A stretch of 64,000 bases of DNA, taken from contig CAZEVK010000001.1 in assembly GCA_964515755.1 (NCBI GenBank), positions 64,962 to 128,961 on the forward strand. Reading direction: 5' to 3'. The position numbers and the translations under genes were made by a program. Positions 60,947 through 64,000 of this stretch are shown here, piece after piece (the first letter of the stretch is position 1; every line of letters starts with the position of its first letter). Source of the DNA: an uncultured Rickettsia sp. (GTDB lineage Bacteria; Pseudomonadota; Alphaproteobacteria; Rickettsiales; JABSSG01). The notes under the pieces were generated by a model. That model had not been told where the DNA came from, did not search any database, and worked only from the letters and a program-made list of their open reading frames with translations.

Positions 60947-61045
60947 GTAAACCTCTATATTTTTAGTTAAACCTCCGCAAGAAACAACTCAAAACTGAGC
61001 ACTAAAAATTATTCTTGCGTACGTGATAAAGTAGTTAATTAGAGC

Positions 61046-61074
61046 TTTATACGATAGTTATTAGATAATTGCAA
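61046..61074 (-). promoter_or_regulatory. Candidate sigma-70 promoter of rpsB-tsf
   Basis: On the minus strand, TTGCAA (61074-61069), a 17-nt spacer, then TATAAA (61051-61046). This implies a leader of about 90 nt. Confidence 0.4.
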
Positions 61075-61096
61075 GAAATTTATTAACAGATACGTG

Positions 61097-62368
61097 TTAG
61101 CTAAACAACTCTCTATTCTCTAAAATCTTGCTAGAAGGAGTGTTATATAGCTTCTTGTTTAGCGTACCTTCGGAACTATCGATAATAAGAGTTATAGTAG
61201 CATCTCCGGTAATATTTATAGTAGTACGCATCATGTCCAGCACTCGATCAATACCTGCAATAAATGCAATACCTTCTATTGGCAGATTCAAAGCTGAAAG
61301 CACCATCGGTAACATAATTAATGTTCCACCAGGAATTCCAGCAGCACCGATAGAACCAAGTGTTGAGGTTAGCATAATAATAATATAATCAACTGTGGTT
61401 AGTTGAATACCATAAATTTGTACAAAGAACATTGTGCATATACCTAAGTAAATCGCCATACCATCCATATTTATAGCTGCGCCAAATGGTAAAACAAAAG
61501 AAGTGCTATTACTAGAAATACCCAGTTTGTTCAAACAAACACTCATAGTTGTAGGTAACGTAGCTTTACTGCTACTGGTAGAAAAAGCCATTGCCTGATA
61601 TTCTAAACTTTTTTTATAAAATGGAAATGGAGATAATCTACCAAATATTGCAATTAATATGCCAAAAATAATATATTGCACAGTCATTGCAGATAGCAAC
61701 GTAAACACCAATGCCGAAAGATTTTGTAATGCACTTAAACCTTGATTTCCAATAACAGAAGCAGTTAAAGCAAATGCACCATAAGGCGCAAAATACATAA
61801 TCACAGAAATCATCTTAAATACTAATCTAGCACAAACTTTAAGCCCTTTAATAATTGGCTCTCCTTCTTTACCTAACATATTTAGGATAACACCGGTAAA
61901 TATTGAAAAAAATACAACTTGTAATATATTGCCTGTAACCAACGCGCTTAATGCATTGTTAGGGATAGTATCATTTATAACTGCAGTAAAATCCAAAACT
62001 CTAGCGCCAATTTCAGGCAATTTAAAATCTTTGGAATGCAATGCTGAAACAGAAATCCCTACACCGGGTTCAAAAAAAATACCAGCGACCATACCTATAG
62101 TGATCGCCAGTGACGTTGTCGCCAAAAATGCTATTACAGACTTTACAGCAACTCTTGAAAGCGATACTTTATCAGTCATCCCGGTTAATCCACTAACTAA
62201 GGAGAAGAATATTAAAGGTACAATAATCATTTGTATAAGTCTTATAAAAATATCACCTACAGGCTTGATATAGCTTGCTTTTTCGCCGAATACCATACCT
62301 ACAATTATACCTGCTATTAAACCTGTGAGAACTTGTTTCCAAAGCTTCATCCCAAACCATCTTTTCAT
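61097..62368 (-). CDS. Dicarboxylate/amino acid:cation symporter (DAACS family), second paralog
   Basis: FSTSSSKATLPTT, AAINMDGMAIY and GAAGIPGG motifs, 423 aa. Confidence 0.85.
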   Translation of the reverse strand: MKRWFGMKLWKQVLTGLIAGIIVGMVFGEKASYIKPVGDIFIRLIQMIIVPLIFFSLVSGLTGMTDKVSLSRVAVKSVIAFLATTSLAITIGMVAGIFFEPGVGISVSALHSKDFKLPEIGARVLDFTAVINDTIPNNALSALVTGNILQVVFFSIFTGVILNMLGKEGEPIIKGLKVCARLVFKMISVIMYFAPYGAFALTASVIGNQGLSALQNLSALVFTLLSAMTVQYIIFGILIAIFGRLSPFPFYKKSLEYQAMAFSTSSSKATLPTTMSVCLNKLGISSNSTSFVLPFGAAINMDGMAIYLGICTMFFVQIYGIQLTTVDYIIIMLTSTLGSIGAAGIPGGTLIMLPMVLSALNLPIEGIAFIAGIDRVLDMMRTTINITGDATITLIIDSSEGTLNKKLYNTPSSKILENRELFS

Positions 62369-62496
62369 AAGAACCTCATGTTATTTGATACAATTTGAAT
62401 TATGCTATATACTTAGTAAATTGCTGAGTACATAGATAGAGTGATTGATCGGTATAATAACCATAAATGAAAACTATTCAAGGAATAATATATTGA

Positions 62497-62967
62497 ATGC
62501 ATAATACCATTACAATAATAGACTTCAAAAAGTCCGTGGGACAATATAGTAGATTGATAGGAATTGATTACGGATCAAAAAAAATTGGATTAAGTCTGAG
62601 CGATCGCGAGAAAATAATCGCTTCACCTTATAAAACTCTTATAAGAAAAAACTTAAAATTCGATATAAAGTATATCTGTGATATAATAGATGAAAATGCT
62701 GTAAGTGGAATAGTTTTTGGGTACCCTATTGAGGCAAAAGGTTACATAGGCAACACTTGCGCTGCAGTAGATAAGTTTTGTAAGGAATTAATTACTAAAA
62801 AGCCTTTACCCTATTACTTTCAAGATGAACGCTTGTCAACTTTGGCTGTGCGTCAAATATTACGACACACCAACATGTCACCTGCTAAAAAAGATAATGT
62901 AGACGATAAAATGGCAGCATGTTATGTATTGCAAATAGTTTTAGACATAATGAATGCAAATAATTAA
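62497..62967 (+). CDS. ruvX: YqgF/RuvX putative pre-16S rRNA nuclease / Holliday junction resolvase-like protein
   Basis: IGIDYGSKKIGLSLSD N-terminal motif and DERLST motif, 156 aa. Confidence 0.9.
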   Translation: MHNTITIIDFKKSVGQYSRLIGIDYGSKKIGLSLSDREKIIASPYKTLIRKNLKFDIKYICDIIDENAVSGIVFGYPIEAKGYIGNTCAAVDKFCKELITKKPLPYYFQDERLSTLAVRQILRHTNMSPAKKDNVDDKMAACYVLQIVLDIMNANN

Positions 62968-63022
62968 GCACTATCTAACTAATAATCTTTGATACGTAAT
63001 TTGTATTCAAATGATTAAATTG

Positions 63023-63052
63023 TTGACAATATGTTTTTTTTCTCCATATTAA
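63023..63052 (+). promoter_or_regulatory. Candidate sigma-70 promoter of rplM-rpsI
   Basis: TTGACA (63023-63028), an 18-nt spacer, then TATTAA (63047-63052), about 37 nt upstream of the rplM ATG. Confidence 0.4.
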
Positions 63053-63088
63053 CTTTAGATAATTCAACAGTATGAAAAAGTGTAAAAA

Positions 63089-63565
63089 ATGTTCAAAACT
63101 TATTCAATGAAACAAGCTGAAGTAGCGAAAAAGTGGCATTTAATTGATGCTGATGGTCTTGTGCTCGGTAGATTAGCCTCTCTTATCTCTATGATGCTCC
63201 GTGGGAAGCATAACCCGGCATACACGCCAAGCATGGATTGCGGAGATAATATTGTAGTGATTAATGCTGAAAAAATTATATTAACTGGTCATAAATCAGA
63301 TCGTCTAGACGGAAAAATTTACTATCGTCATACAGGGCATCCTGGTGGTATTAAAGAGATTACTGCTGGAAAAATTTTAGAAAGCAAATTTCCGGGAAGA
63401 GTTCTTGAATTAGCTGTACAACGTATGATGCAAAGAAAGTCTCCTCTAGGGCGTCAACAATTCAAACATTTGCATGTATACGCAGGCAAAGAACATCCTC
63501 ACGCTGCACAACAACCTCAATTATTAGATGTTGCTGCAATGAATAAAAAGAACTCAAGGAAATAA
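63089..63565 (+). CDS. rplM: 50S ribosomal protein L13
   Basis: [25 protein letters not shown] and GKHNPAYTP motifs. Confidence 0.95.
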   Translation: MFKTYSMKQAEVAKKWHLIDADGLVLGRLASLISMMLRGKHNPAYTPSMDCGDNIVVINAEKIILTGHKSDRLDGKIYYRHTGHPGGIKEITAGKILESKFPGRVLELAVQRMMQRKSPLGRQQFKHLHVYAGKEHPHAAQQPQLLDVAAMNKKNSRK

Positions 63566-63568
63566 TCT

Positions 63569-64000
63569 ATGACAATAGCAATTGAAATTGAAGAAGAAAC
63601 TGTATTACAGCCTGTAAAAGATTCTTTAGGTAGATCTTATGGCACAGGAAAAAGAAAAAATTCCATTGCAAGAGTTTGGATTAAACTTGGTACAGGCAAA
63701 ATTACAATTAATGGCAAGGACATTCAAGAATATTTTGGTCGCCCAACCTCAAGAATGGTTGTAAGACAATCTTTAGTTGCTACTAAAAATGAAGCGCTTT
63801 TTGATGTTGATTGCACAGTATTAGGTGGTGGTCTTTCTGGCCAAGCCGGAGCGATCAGACACGGAATTAGCCGAGCTTTAGATAGATTCGACCCATCTTT
63901 ACATAAAGCTTTAAGAAAAGGCGGATTCTTAACTCGCGATAGTAGAGTTGTTGAACGTAAGAAATATGGACTTGCAGGTGCAAGAAGAGGCTTCCAGTTC
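63569..64000 (+). CDS. rpsI: 30S ribosomal protein S9 (3' end truncated by the window edge, probably by only a few codons)
   Basis: ATG at 63569, open to the window end. Motifs [32 protein letters not shown] and [15 protein letters not shown]. Confidence 0.95.
   Translation, partial: MTIAIEIEEETVLQPVKDSLGRSYGTGKRKNSIARVWIKLGTGKITINGKDIQEYFGRPTSRMVVRQSLVATKNEALFDVDCTVLGGGLSGQAGAIRHGISRALDRFDPSLHKALRKGGFLTRDSRVVERKKYGLAGARRGFQF

Noticed and set aside
1-64000. Search for CRISPR arrays, rRNA genes, IS/transposase genes, integrases, prophage or conjugation genes
   Set aside because: I saw no regularly spaced direct repeats with unique spacers, no rRNA-like conserved blocks, and no ORF with DDE/tyrosine-recombinase/phage structural motifs. 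The only repeats are the cassette modules at 44.8-47.9 kb.

Overview
This is a strongly AT-rich bacterial chromosomal segment, densely packed with housekeeping genes. Recognisable genes include dnaG-rpoD, greA, asd, folE, rpoH, prs, maeB, mrdA/mreD, DUF374-waaA-lpxK-lpxL-fabI, rpsT, ppdK, glyQS, rpsB-tsf-frr, ruvX and rplM-rpsI. There is one tRNA with a CAT anticodon.

Gene content and order suggest a Gram-negative, host-associated bacterium, probably a Rickettsiales/Holosporales-like alphaproteobacterium. The supporting features are ppdK, a DUF374 gene upstream of waaA, an OTU protease and a patatin phospholipase. This taxonomic call is inference only.

I saw no rRNA, CRISPR array, transposase or prophage genes.

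Accessory material is concentrated in two places:
- **1-15 kb:** an OTU-domain effector-like gene, an FAD monooxygenase, a patatin-like phospholipase, an NfeD/SPFH pair, DUF4385, ada, SemiSWEET, a GDPD gene, umuDC and a TMEM175-like channel.
- **42.6-50.2 kb:** an orphan 364-aa protein, a tandem array of three family-less small-protein cassettes, and an O-antigen-ligase/glycosyltransferase pair.

The most unusual structure is the 44.8-47.9 kb array. It has three co-directional units with near-constant 5' modules and GTGCCA-stem terminators around diverged ORFs. Each 5' module carries a conserved palindrome and a TTAA-N7-TTAA motif. One copy is heavily degraded.

At least five genes are visibly disrupted, which is consistent with ongoing genome reduction or, alternatively, with homopolymer sequencing errors:
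- the OTU protease
- umuC
- a SnoaL-like gene missing from the ORF track
- cassette copy 1
- a small gene at 52.1-52.5 kb

I did not find a clear, complete novel multi-gene system such as a defence or secretion locus. All family assignments come from motif recognition by eye and need database confirmation.
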